From: a virus
Lineage: Duplodnaviria; Caudoviricetes
Strand: one strand, 5' to 3'
DNA length: 60,647 bases
Virus record (IMG/VR): IMGVR_UViG_3300005805_000094
Span: 1-60,647 of that record
Shown: in pieces, positions 44,701 to 52,181 of the stretch
Numbering within the stretch: position 1 is the first letter of the stretch
Layout of the letters: every line of letters begins with the position of its first letter
The notes under the pieces: model-generated
What the model was told of the DNA's origin: nothing
What the model saw: the letters and a program-made list of their open reading frames with translations, nothing else
Databases searched by the model: none
Program-made: the position numbers and the translations under genes

Positions 44701-46316
44701 CTCTCGGCACTGATACCACAGGTAATTACGTCTCTGATGTAACCGGCGGAACTGGTGTAACGGTCACGCACACACCAGGCGAGGGTTCGTCGCCAAGTAT
44801 CGCAATCGGTCAATCAGTTGCGACTTCATCTTCTGTTCAGTTTGAGGCTGTTGAACTTGGTCACGCATCAGATACAACACTGTCACGTTCTGCTGCTGGC
44901 AGACTCGCCGTTGAAGGTGTTAATGTGCCGACAATTTCGTCGACCGACACCCTTACCAATAAGACTCTTAGTAGCGCGACGCTTACTGGAACACTCACCG
45001 CTGGTGGTGGAACTGGAACGTCAGGTCAGTTCCTAAAGACAACCGGAACCGGAGTTGAATGGGCTGCTGTTGGCGCTGCCGTTACTACGACAACCCTCTC
45101 TGCAAATACAGAGACCACCGTTGCTACGTTTACAACTGCAAGCGCAAAAGCGGCAGAGTTCCATGTGAAGGTCGGTCAGGGTGACCGTCTATATTCAACA
45201 AAAGTTCTTGCTCTTCATAACGGCAGTACTGCTGACTTTACTAAGTATGGAGAACTATCAATTGGCGGACAAGAAGCAGTGGCTGGAACTGGCGCTGTAA
45301 CTTGGGTAACACGAACATCAAACTTTGCAAATGCTTTTTTTGGAGGCATCTATGCTGCCGCCTACGGCAACGACGTTTGGGCTATTGGTGGATACTACGG
45401 CAGAATTATTACTTCAACCGACACAATAACTTGGACCACACGCACCTCAAACTTTAGCCCCAATTATCCCAGTGCTGTGTATGCTTTGGGTCATGGCAAC
45501 AACCTTTGGGTTGCTGGTGGGCAAGGTGGTCAACTTCGCACCTCTACCGACGCTATTACTTGGGTAACACGAACATCAAACTTTGGTAATTATCGTATTG
45601 TGGAAGTTGCCTACGGCAACAACCTGTGGGTTGCTACTGGATTCGATGGTCAAATCCGCTCTTCAACAGACGCAATAACTTGGGTAACACAAACATCAAA
45701 CTTTGGTAATACAATAGTCCGCTCCGTTGCCTACGGCAATAACCTCTGGGTTGCTTCTGGATACTACGGTCAACTCCGTACGTCGACAGACGCAATTACT
45801 TGGGTAACTCAAACCTCAAACTTTACTGGGGCCATCGTTGCCGTAGCCTACGGCAACAACCTTTGGGCTATTGGTGGTGCCGAGGGTCGACTCCGCACTT
45901 CTACTGACGCAATAACTTGGGTAACACGAACCTCAAACTTTAGTAATAGTATCAATGAAATTGTTTACGGCAACGGTCTTTGGGTCGGTGCTGCACGAAA
46001 CGGTGAAATCCGCACATCAACCGACGCAATCACTTGGACTACTAGAACTTCAAACTTTGTAGACACTTCAAATGGAAGTATCTTCGGGCTCACCTACGGC
46101 GACAATTTCTGGGTTGCTGCTGGCAATTACGGTCAACTTCGCACCTCTGCTGTAGACACCGCTGCTGTATATGTTGGCGGTTTGACATCATCTGCCTCCG
46201 TTACGTTCAATACAGATATTTCTGGTTCCGATGTTCGTTTGCGCATGACGATTCCAGATGCCGCGACAACTAATGCAACTGTTAAAGTTTCGACAACAAC
46301 TGTGGGAGAATCGTAA
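38760..46316 (+). CDS. Giant fibre: Mtd-like N-terminus, ~14 shaft repeats, C-terminal 7-bladed beta-propeller
   Basis: IQLKR.TAA.W...NPVL..GEIG.ETDT.KFKIGDG; repeated HTPGEGSS unit; 7 Asp-box-like blades. Confidence 0.88.
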   Translation: MAGARIQLKRATAASWASNNPVLYAGEIGLETDTNKFKIGDGTTAFNSLPYFNGNLTGSSLNDLADVTIVSASNGDFLRWNGSAWINDAVNLSTDTVGNYMVDVAGGTGVTISHTPGEGSTASVAIGQDVATSASVTFAHVNADVSGDVLGDLTGNADTATTLETARVIELSGDVTGSVSFDGSTNVNIVTTVVSDGVELGVNTTGNYMVDVVAGTGVTVTHTPGEGSSASVAIGQDVATSASVEFAALTVAGLTEVGGHILPDATETYDLGSASARFRDIYLSGTSINLGGAEITSDGVTITFPGGLTGDIAGNADTASELETARIISLGGDLSGSVSFDGSQNVTITAEVQPNSVALGTDTTGNYMSDLTQGTGVTITHTPGEGSNATIAIGQAVGTSSSVTFAHVNADVTGDLTGNADTATTLQTARAISLAGDLSGSVSFDGSQNVTITAQVEPNSVALGTDTTGNFMSDVVAGTGVSITHTPGESSSASIAIGQAVGTTDNPSFAGLTADGVQIGISNTTEIDTVSGNLTIDSAGGTTTLDDDVVITGTLTVSGSATYINTEILTVDDNIIVLNNNQTGSPSQNAGIEVERGSSDNVSIRWNEANDSWELTEDGSTYRNIAAGQDVETSSSVSFAAVTAPVIGNASTATTLETARAISLGGDLSGSASFDGSANITITADVQPNSVALGTDTTGNYLVDVVADSSGITVNHTAGEGSSASLSLVQDINTSASVTFANVTADLVGDVTGNSDTASTLQTARAISLGGDLSGSASFDGSTNITITADVQPNSVALGTDTTGNFVNDVIAGTGVTVSHTPGEGSSASIAIGQDVATTASVTFAAVTAPVIGNASTATTLQTSRAISLTGDLSGSVSFDGSQDVSITATVQPNSVALGTDTTGNYVADVVAGTAITVTHTPGEGSSASIALNAALNDLTDTVITSPEEFQGLSYNGTSWINQYSPVVSYVQNAEATTLTTGTVVYLFGGTGDHASVKRADNSSDLTSSKTVGLVGANIAASQNGPVITRGYVDGIDLSVGYSAGDVLWLGENGAFTTTKPSAPDHLVFVGVVVRATVNGIIYVATQNGYELEELHDVKIISAANGDFLKYNSASAVWVNDQINLGTDTVGDYVQNLVAGTGVTLSNNSGEGSTPTIAIGQAVGTSSSVVFHTIESTHDLTIGGNLYVSGSVITENQTSLAIDDPFIYLNVSSSVSNVDLGIAGNYNDGTYRHAGVFRDATDGKFKFFDSYEPEPSSPIDVAHATYSPAPVVAETFESTVTTGTAPFAVSSTTEVANLHADTATTLHTARAISLGGDLSGSASFDGSGDITITASVEPNSVALGTDTTGNYMVGLAEGTGVTITHTPGEGSTASVSIGQSVATTASVTFAHVSADLTGNVTGNISGNAGTASALQSARTISLGGDLSGSVSFNGTSDVTITASVEPNSVALGTDTTGNYMSDLTQGTGVTITHTPGEGSNATIAIGQAVGTSSSVTFAHVSAPITGNVTGDLTGNAGTATALQTSRTINLGGDLSGSASFNGTSDVTITATVQPNSVALGADTTGNFVSDVVSGTGVTVTHTPGESSSASIAIGQDVATTASVTFAHVSAPVTGNVTGNVTGDVSGNAGTATALQNSRAISLSGDLSGSVSFNGTSDVTITATVQPNSVALGTDTTGNYMSGVTAGTGVTVTHTPGEGSSATIAIGQAVGTSDNPSFAGVTADGVQIGISASAEIDTTAGNLVIDSAGGTVTIDDNLIVSGDLTVNGTTTTVNTETINLADNLIVLNSNETGAPSQNAGLEIERGSSTNVALRWNETSDKWELTEDGSTYVDIATVSYVDAQTINSLDEIGDVSTASAASGDFLKWNGSAWVNDPINLGSDTVGNYVNDVTAGTGVTVTHTPGEGSSPTIAIGQAVGTSSSVTFAAVTAPLIGNVTGNADTATALAISRTIELTGDVTGSVSFNGSANASITATIAANSVALGTDTTGNYVSDVTGGTGVTVTHTPGEGSSPSIAIGQSVATSSSVQFEAVELGHASDTTLSRSAAGRLAVEGVNVPTISSTDTLTNKTLSSATLTGTLTAGGGTGTSGQFLKTTGTGVEWAAVGAAVTTTTLSANTETTVATFTTASAKAAEFHVKVGQGDRLYSTKVLALHNGSTADFTKYGELSIGGQEAVAGTGAVTWVTRTSNFANAFFGGIYAAAYGNDVWAIGGYYGRIITSTDTITWTTRTSNFSPNYPSAVYALGHGNNLWVAGGQGGQLRTSTDAITWVTRTSNFGNYRIVEVAYGNNLWVATGFDGQIRSSTDAITWVTQTSNFGNTIVRSVAYGNNLWVASGYYGQLRTSTDAITWVTQTSNFTGAIVAVAYGNNLWAIGGAEGRLRTSTDAITWVTRTSNFSNSINEIVYGNGLWVGAARNGEIRTSTDAITWTTRTSNFVDTSNGSIFGLTYGDNFWVAAGNYGQLRTSAVDTAAVYVGGLTSSASVTFNTDISGSDVRLRMTIPDAATTNATVKVSTTTVGES

Positions 46317-46318
46317 TC

Positions 46319-47602
46319 ATGGCTGAAAAAAACTTTGTAGTCAGCAAAAGTATTGTTGCAGATAATGTTGGCGAAATTGTAGAAACAACCGTAACCGCAA
46401 ATACCGCTACTACAGTTGCCTCATTCCCGCTGTCTGATTCCGATACGGTTGAATTTACCGTAAAAGCAACACAGGGAGACCGTAGGTATTCCAGTAAGGC
46501 TCTTGCTCTACATAACGGAACAACTGTTGATTTGTCTCAGTATGGAGAATTATCAATTGGTGGAACAGAAGTAGAAGTAGTTGCAGGTACTGGTGCTGTA
46601 ACTTGGGTAACCCAAGAATCAAACTTTAGTACTCCACAAATCCAATCCGTCGCTTACGGCAACAACCTCTGGGTCGCTGGTGGAGCGAATGGTCGACTCC
46701 GCACCTCTACTGATGCAGTGACTTGGGTTACACAAACCCCAAACTTTGATACTTATCAAATCCAATCCGTCACCTACGGTGACAACATCTGGGTTGCTGG
46801 TGGATACTTTGGTCAACTCCGCACCTCAACAGATGCTATCACCTGGGTAACCCAAACCTCAAACTTTAATAATAATTATTCTGGAGACATCCTCTCCGTT
46901 GTCTACGGCAACGACCTCTGGGTTGCTGCTGGAACCTATGGTCAACTCCGCACCTCAACCGACACAATAACTTGGGTAACACAAGAATCAAACTTTCCAA
47001 ATAATTATTCTGGTGGGTCCATCGAATCCGTTGCCTACGGCAATAACCTTTGGGTTGCTGTTGGAAGTTTTGGTCGACTCCGCACCTCTACTGACGCTGT
47101 AACATGGGTAACCCAAGAATCAAACTTTACACCTGACAACTACGGGAAAATTTACTCCGTTGCTTACGGCAATAGCCTTTGGGTTGCTGCTGGATATGGT
47201 GGTCAACTCCGCACCTCAACTAACGCAACAACTTGGACTACTCAAACCTCAAACTTTGGTAACTCACATATCCAATCCGTTGCCTACGACAACAACCTCT
47301 GGGTTGCTGGTGGTGCCGGTGGTCAAATCCGCACCTCTACTGATGCAATCACCTGGGTAACACGAACCTCAAACTTTGGTAATACAACTATCCAGTCCGT
47401 CGCCTACGGCAACAGTCTGTGGGTCGCTGCTGGATATGAGGGTCAACTTCGCACCTCTGCTACGGATACCACATCGTCAGTTGTAGAAATGCCGCTCACT
47501 CTGTCCGCCGATATCTCAGGCTCAGATGTACGACTTCGTGCAACTATTACAGACGCCGCAACTACCAATGCTGAGGTAAAGGTACTTAAGACAACCCTGT
47601 AA
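46319..47602 (+). CDS. Beta-propeller repeat protein (7 blades), putative receptor-binding
   Basis: 7 x TW.T..SNF..SVAYGNNLWVAGG..GQLRTSTD. Confidence 0.85.
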   Translation: MAEKNFVVSKSIVADNVGEIVETTVTANTATTVASFPLSDSDTVEFTVKATQGDRRYSSKALALHNGTTVDLSQYGELSIGGTEVEVVAGTGAVTWVTQESNFSTPQIQSVAYGNNLWVAGGANGRLRTSTDAVTWVTQTPNFDTYQIQSVTYGDNIWVAGGYFGQLRTSTDAITWVTQTSNFNNNYSGDILSVVYGNDLWVAAGTYGQLRTSTDTITWVTQESNFPNNYSGGSIESVAYGNNLWVAVGSFGRLRTSTDAVTWVTQESNFTPDNYGKIYSVAYGNSLWVAAGYGGQLRTSTNATTWTTQTSNFGNSHIQSVAYDNNLWVAGGAGGQIRTSTDAITWVTRTSNFGNTTIQSVAYGNSLWVAAGYEGQLRTSATDTTSSVVEMPLTLSADISGSDVRLRATITDAATTNAEVKVLKTTL

Positions 47603-47649
47603 TAAAAAGTGATATTATTGTTTCTACATCAACGGGAAAGTGAACAGCG

Positions 47650-49818
47650 ATGGCAGATAAAAATTTCAAGGTAAAAAACGGCTTAGACATTGGAGACAAT
47701 GTCGCCACGTCTGTTACTAAGACGACTATCAATAGAACCTCAGAAACAACCCTTGACTCCGTACTAACTGGGACTATTAAGTCCGCCGATTATTCGCTAA
47801 CCCTATATCAAGGGAATACTGGTGTTGTAGGCAAAAAGTATTTTTTTACCGAAAATGGTACTGGCGCATCAATCCAAGAATACGCTTCTATCTCTGTAAA
47901 TAGAGAAGAATACATTACGCCTAACGATGCAAGCATTTGGACAACCCGCACATCAAACTTTGGTAATAGAAGAATCTACTCCGTTGCCTACGGCAATAAC
48001 CTTTGGGTTGCTGCTGGGTACTACGGTCAACTTCGTACCTCAACCGATGCAATAACCTGGACTACAAGAGCGTCAAACTTTCCAAGTAATTATAGTGGAG
48101 TCATCCGCTCCGTTGCCTACGGCAACGTCTGGGTTGCTGCTGGGTACTACGGTCAACTTCGTACCTCAACCGATGCAATAACCTGGACTACAAGAGCGTC
48201 AAACTTTGGTGGTTATGCACAAATCCGCTCCGTTGCCTATGGCAACAACCTTTGGGTCGCTGGTGGAAGCAGTGGTCAACTCCGTTCCTCAACCGACGCT
48301 ATTACTTGGGTTACAAGAACGTCAAACTTTGGTAACTCACAAATCCGCTCCGTTGCCTATGGCAATAACCTTTGGGTGGCTGGTGGATACAGTGGTCAAC
48401 TTCGTACCTCAACTGACGCAGTAACTTGGGTAACACGAACATCAAACCTTCCAAATAGTTTTTCTGGAAGAATCGATGCCGTAGCCTACGGCAACAACCT
48501 CTGGGTCGCTGGTTCCCGCTCTGGTCAACTCCGTACCTCTACCGACGCAGTCACTTGGACTACTCAAACCTCAAACTTTGCTAATAACGTCAACATCCTC
48601 GCCGTTGCCTACGGCAACAACCTCTGGGTTGCCGGGGGGGGTTATGGTCAACTTCACACCTCAACCGACGCTATTACTTGGGTAACACGAACATCAAACT
48701 TTGGTAATACAACTATCAACTTCTTTGCCTACGGTGACGCCGTCTGGGTTGCTGCTGCTGACAATGGTCAACTCCGTACGTCATCTGCTCAACTATTTTC
48801 ACCAGCGGCAGTTCCAGCAACAGTTTCAGTTGCACTGGTCCAGACTTGGGTTACACGAACCTCAAACTTTGGTAATTACAGCAACAACAACATTAACTCC
48901 GTTGCCTATGGTGACGCCGTTTGGGTTGCTGGTGGAAACTCTGGTGAACTTCGTACATCAACCGACGCAGTAACTTGGACTACACGAACATCTAACTTTA
49001 CTTCACACATTCGCTCCGTTGCCTACGGCAATGGCCTCTGGCTTGCTGCTGGTGGTATGTATCAGGCCAATGGTGAACTTCGCACCTCTACCGACGCTAT
49101 TACTTGGGTAACTCAAACCTCAAACTTTGGTAATACACGCATCAACGCCGTTGCCTACGGCAACAGCCTTTGGGTTATTGGTGGGGATTATGGTCAACTT
49201 CGTACCTCCACTGACGCAGTAACTTGGGTAACACAAACATCAACCTTCGACCAAGATTTTACTGGAAAAATCAACTGCGTCGCTTACGGCAACAACCTCT
49301 GGGTTGCTGGTGGGTACAGAGGTAAACTTCGCACCTCAACTGACGCAATCACTTGGACCACAAGAACCCCAAACTATGGCAATTTTCCATCTATCCTCTC
49401 CGTTGCTTACGGAGATAACGTGTGGGTTATAGGTGGCGCTTATAACGCCAGTGAAATTCGTACCTCAACAGACGCAATTACCTGGGTTACACGCACCTCA
49501 AACTTTGTAGGGGCTAATCAGCAAGTCAACTCCGTTGCCTATAACAACAATTTTTGGGTTATAGGTGGGTCCTCAGGTCAAATTCGTACCTCAACAGATG
49601 CAATAACTTGGGCAACCCAAACCTCGAACTTTGGTACTACATTTATCGGGTCCATTGCCTACGGCAATAGTCTGTGGGTGGCTGGCGGTGGTGCTGGTAA
49701 AATTGCTACAGAAAACCCAGCAGAACGTCAACTAAAACTTACGGCAACCGTGACTAATGCAGGCATATCTGGCTCCGAAGCAACAGCGATTCTAAAGAAA
49801 GAAACGGTTGTTGCATAG
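47650..49818 (+). CDS. Double beta-propeller repeat protein (2x7 blades)
   Basis: 14 blade repeats; MADKNFKVKNGL N-terminus. Confidence 0.85.
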   Translation: MADKNFKVKNGLDIGDNVATSVTKTTINRTSETTLDSVLTGTIKSADYSLTLYQGNTGVVGKKYFFTENGTGASIQEYASISVNREEYITPNDASIWTTRTSNFGNRRIYSVAYGNNLWVAAGYYGQLRTSTDAITWTTRASNFPSNYSGVIRSVAYGNVWVAAGYYGQLRTSTDAITWTTRASNFGGYAQIRSVAYGNNLWVAGGSSGQLRSSTDAITWVTRTSNFGNSQIRSVAYGNNLWVAGGYSGQLRTSTDAVTWVTRTSNLPNSFSGRIDAVAYGNNLWVAGSRSGQLRTSTDAVTWTTQTSNFANNVNILAVAYGNNLWVAGGGYGQLHTSTDAITWVTRTSNFGNTTINFFAYGDAVWVAAADNGQLRTSSAQLFSPAAVPATVSVALVQTWVTRTSNFGNYSNNNINSVAYGDAVWVAGGNSGELRTSTDAVTWTTRTSNFTSHIRSVAYGNGLWLAAGGMYQANGELRTSTDAITWVTQTSNFGNTRINAVAYGNSLWVIGGDYGQLRTSTDAVTWVTQTSTFDQDFTGKINCVAYGNNLWVAGGYRGKLRTSTDAITWTTRTPNYGNFPSILSVAYGDNVWVIGGAYNASEIRTSTDAITWVTRTSNFVGANQQVNSVAYNNNFWVIGGSSGQIRTSTDAITWATQTSNFGTTFIGSIAYGNSLWVAGGGAGKIATENPAERQLKLTATVTNAGISGSEATAILKKETVVA

Positions 49819-49825
49819 AAATTTG

Positions 49826-50746
49826 CTAGATATTTTCTAACACTTGTTTCCACTGTTTAACAATTCTATCCCACGAATAAAAGTGGTTAAAGTATTGCGA
49901 CTGTTGTTGAAGCATTGGCTCATCATCCCAATAGTTATCAATGGCTTGATTTAATGCCGATGCATACTTTTCAGCGATTCTTTTCTTATCAATCTGTATC
50001 GGTACAAGTGTCGCAAACTCTCCACCAGTTTCAGCCAAGGCCCCAAGGTTTTGCCCGATAAGCCGACATCCAGCCGCCCCAGCCTCAATCATTGCCAAAC
50101 AGCAAGTCTCTTCAAACATGCTTGGGTAGGCAAAGATGTGTGATTGCTGTAATGCTTGAGTAACTTCGGTATTTGGTGCGTACCCCATATAAAAAACATT
50201 CTTCATGTTCTTGGCTCGCTCAAACAGCGCCGCGTAATCACTACCGTGCTTTAGGTCGTAATCGGTCCCATAGACAATCGTGGAAGAATAAACATAGAGT
50301 TCCACATCGTCACGTTCAAGCAACTCAAACGAATCAAGCAGTACATCTAATCCACGAAAAGGCGCAGATGTATAGATAAGGCGAATCTTCTCGCCCTTCT
50401 TGCGCTGTTGGTATTTAACTGGCTCAATAGCGTTTTTAATTACATGTGCATTATCTACTGGAATGTGGTACACATAACGAAACTTTTCATGCTGCCAATG
50501 GGACACATAGACATAAGCATCAATGCAACGGGTGAAGAACTTATTGGTCATTCCCTGCGTCAATGGCTCGTTGTAGTTTAAGTGTTGCCAAAGGATGTTC
50601 TTTTTGCTTGAATCAATCTGGTCTTCAATACAGCGAGAGAGAATTAAATTTACGTTGTAGTCGTCGAAATTAATTCTCTTGCGTAATCCTTCTTCCATGA
50701 TGTCTGAACCACCACGGGGTGGCAATTTGCCGCTTAACTCGGCCAT
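49826..50746 (-). CDS. Glycosyltransferase (GT-B)
   Basis: YTS.P.RGL, YPS.FEET.C..IEA.AAG. Confidence 0.85.
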   Translation of the reverse strand: MAELSGKLPPRGGSDIMEEGLRKRINFDDYNVNLILSRCIEDQIDSSKKNILWQHLNYNEPLTQGMTNKFFTRCIDAYVYVSHWQHEKFRYVYHIPVDNAHVIKNAIEPVKYQQRKKGEKIRLIYTSAPFRGLDVLLDSFELLERDDVELYVYSSTIVYGTDYDLKHGSDYAALFERAKNMKNVFYMGYAPNTEVTQALQQSHIFAYPSMFEETCCLAMIEAGAAGCRLIGQNLGALAETGGEFATLVPIQIDKKRIAEKYASALNQAIDNYWDDEPMLQQQSQYFNHFYSWDRIVKQWKQVLENI

Positions 50747-51405
50747 CGCAACTTCACTGTCTTTTGATGACCAACACGAACGAGCGGGTCAACCCAGATG
50801 TCAATTCCCATCTGATACACCTTTTCGCACCACGACGTATCTTCGCCCATAAGTGGAAATTTATATTCCTTTTCTCCTGTTTCAGGATTTTGAATTGTTA
50901 CGTGAGTAGAGGAAAACCACGGACGTTCAAGGCGTTCAAATACTCCGCAAGCAACTGCCAAAAATCCAAACCCAACTCCACGAGTAGTGAATGGCGCCTT
51001 AAGTTTTAAGATGTCGTTCTTATGTAGTGGCGGACCAAGCGGAACAGGGTACACCGTTACTTCTTCGCTCTCCATCATGTAGCACCCGGAGATGACTTGT
51101 TTGTCTGAGTTTAGAAGTCTGAAGAAGTCATCTGGCTCCCATTCAATGTCTGAGTCAATCCAGAACAACTTGTCGTATGTCCACTCGCCATTGCCTGGCT
51201 TGCGACAGTTTTTGTCATTGAAGGCACTTCCGCCAACTGTTCGCTCTCGGGCATCAGCCACGTGCGAGGAGTACTCAGTCATGAAGTTCCAAGTGATGTT
51301 GTTTTGGTTCATGTAATAGGTGACTTTCAACAGGCTCCGAACGTAGGCGGGAACCATGCTTGAGCCAGGGGTGCAGATAACTACATTAAAGTGTGGAATT
51401 GTCAT
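50734..51405 (-). CDS. Glycosyltransferase (GT-A)
   Basis: WIDSDI DxD, GFGF, GED..WC. Confidence 0.8.
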   Translation of the reverse strand: MTIPHFNVVICTPGSSMVPAYVRSLLKVTYYMNQNNITWNFMTEYSSHVADARERTVGGSAFNDKNCRKPGNGEWTYDKLFWIDSDIEWEPDDFFRLLNSDKQVISGCYMMESEEVTVYPVPLGPPLHKNDILKLKAPFTTRGVGFGFLAVACGVFERLERPWFSSTHVTIQNPETGEKEYKFPLMGEDTSWCEKVYQMGIDIWVDPLVRVGHQKTVKLRWPS

Positions 51406-51462
51406 AGGGTCATTCTATACATGCTCACTTAAGACGCGGCGGTATGTGTTATCATTTTACCT

Positions 51463-52113
51463 ATGAAACTACACGGAACTTACGCCTTCAACGAGGCTCT
51501 CGCAACAACAATCGCCACGGCGCTGAACGCCTCGTATTCGGACAAAGCGTCTGGACACGAGTACGAAAAAGTATTCGCTCATCTGTTTGAGGGCAAGACC
51601 GTAAACAACTTTCTTGAAGTAGGTCTTTTCCTGAACGAACTTCAGCACACCGACCTCAACGCATGGACATCGGTATTCCCATCTGCAAATATCTACGGCG
51701 CAGACAAGAAAGAATCACAATTATTTAATTCTGGCAATATCAGAACGCATGCAGTCGACCAAGAAGTCCCAGCATCGTTTGATGCTCTCAAGGCAGAATT
51801 TGACGTTGAGTTTGACGTGGTTCTTGATGATGCTTCACATGTCTACGCAAATACCATCGCAACATTTGAAGCACTCTTCTCAGCAGTAAAAACTGGCGGA
51901 ATGTACTTGATTGAAGACATCCAAGATGCTGGTGAAGGCGCAAACGATTGGCAGCATACGCTTGTGCAACTTGAGGCTTATATGACCGCACAAGGTCACA
52001 CCTATGAAGTGTTCCAGTCGGTTGTTCCCGGAAAAGTAATGGACCGAGAAACACAAGAACCAACAGATGTTGACAGGGTTTCAGACAGTTATATCCTCTG
52101 CGTTTACAAGTAA
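51463..52113 (+). CDS. SAM-dependent methyltransferase
   Basis: H.YE..F, LEVG, FD.VLDDASH, GG.Y.IED. Confidence 0.8.
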   Translation: MKLHGTYAFNEALATTIATALNASYSDKASGHEYEKVFAHLFEGKTVNNFLEVGLFLNELQHTDLNAWTSVFPSANIYGADKKESQLFNSGNIRTHAVDQEVPASFDALKAEFDVEFDVVLDDASHVYANTIATFEALFSAVKTGGMYLIEDIQDAGEGANDWQHTLVQLEAYMTAQGHTYEVFQSVVPGKVMDRETQEPTDVDRVSDSYILCVYK

Positions 52114-52181
52114 GAAAAGAGTTTTACTATGTTGCTAGTTTTAGGCGCGTGTTTCAGTCTAGGTGAACGGAGTACCCGTTC

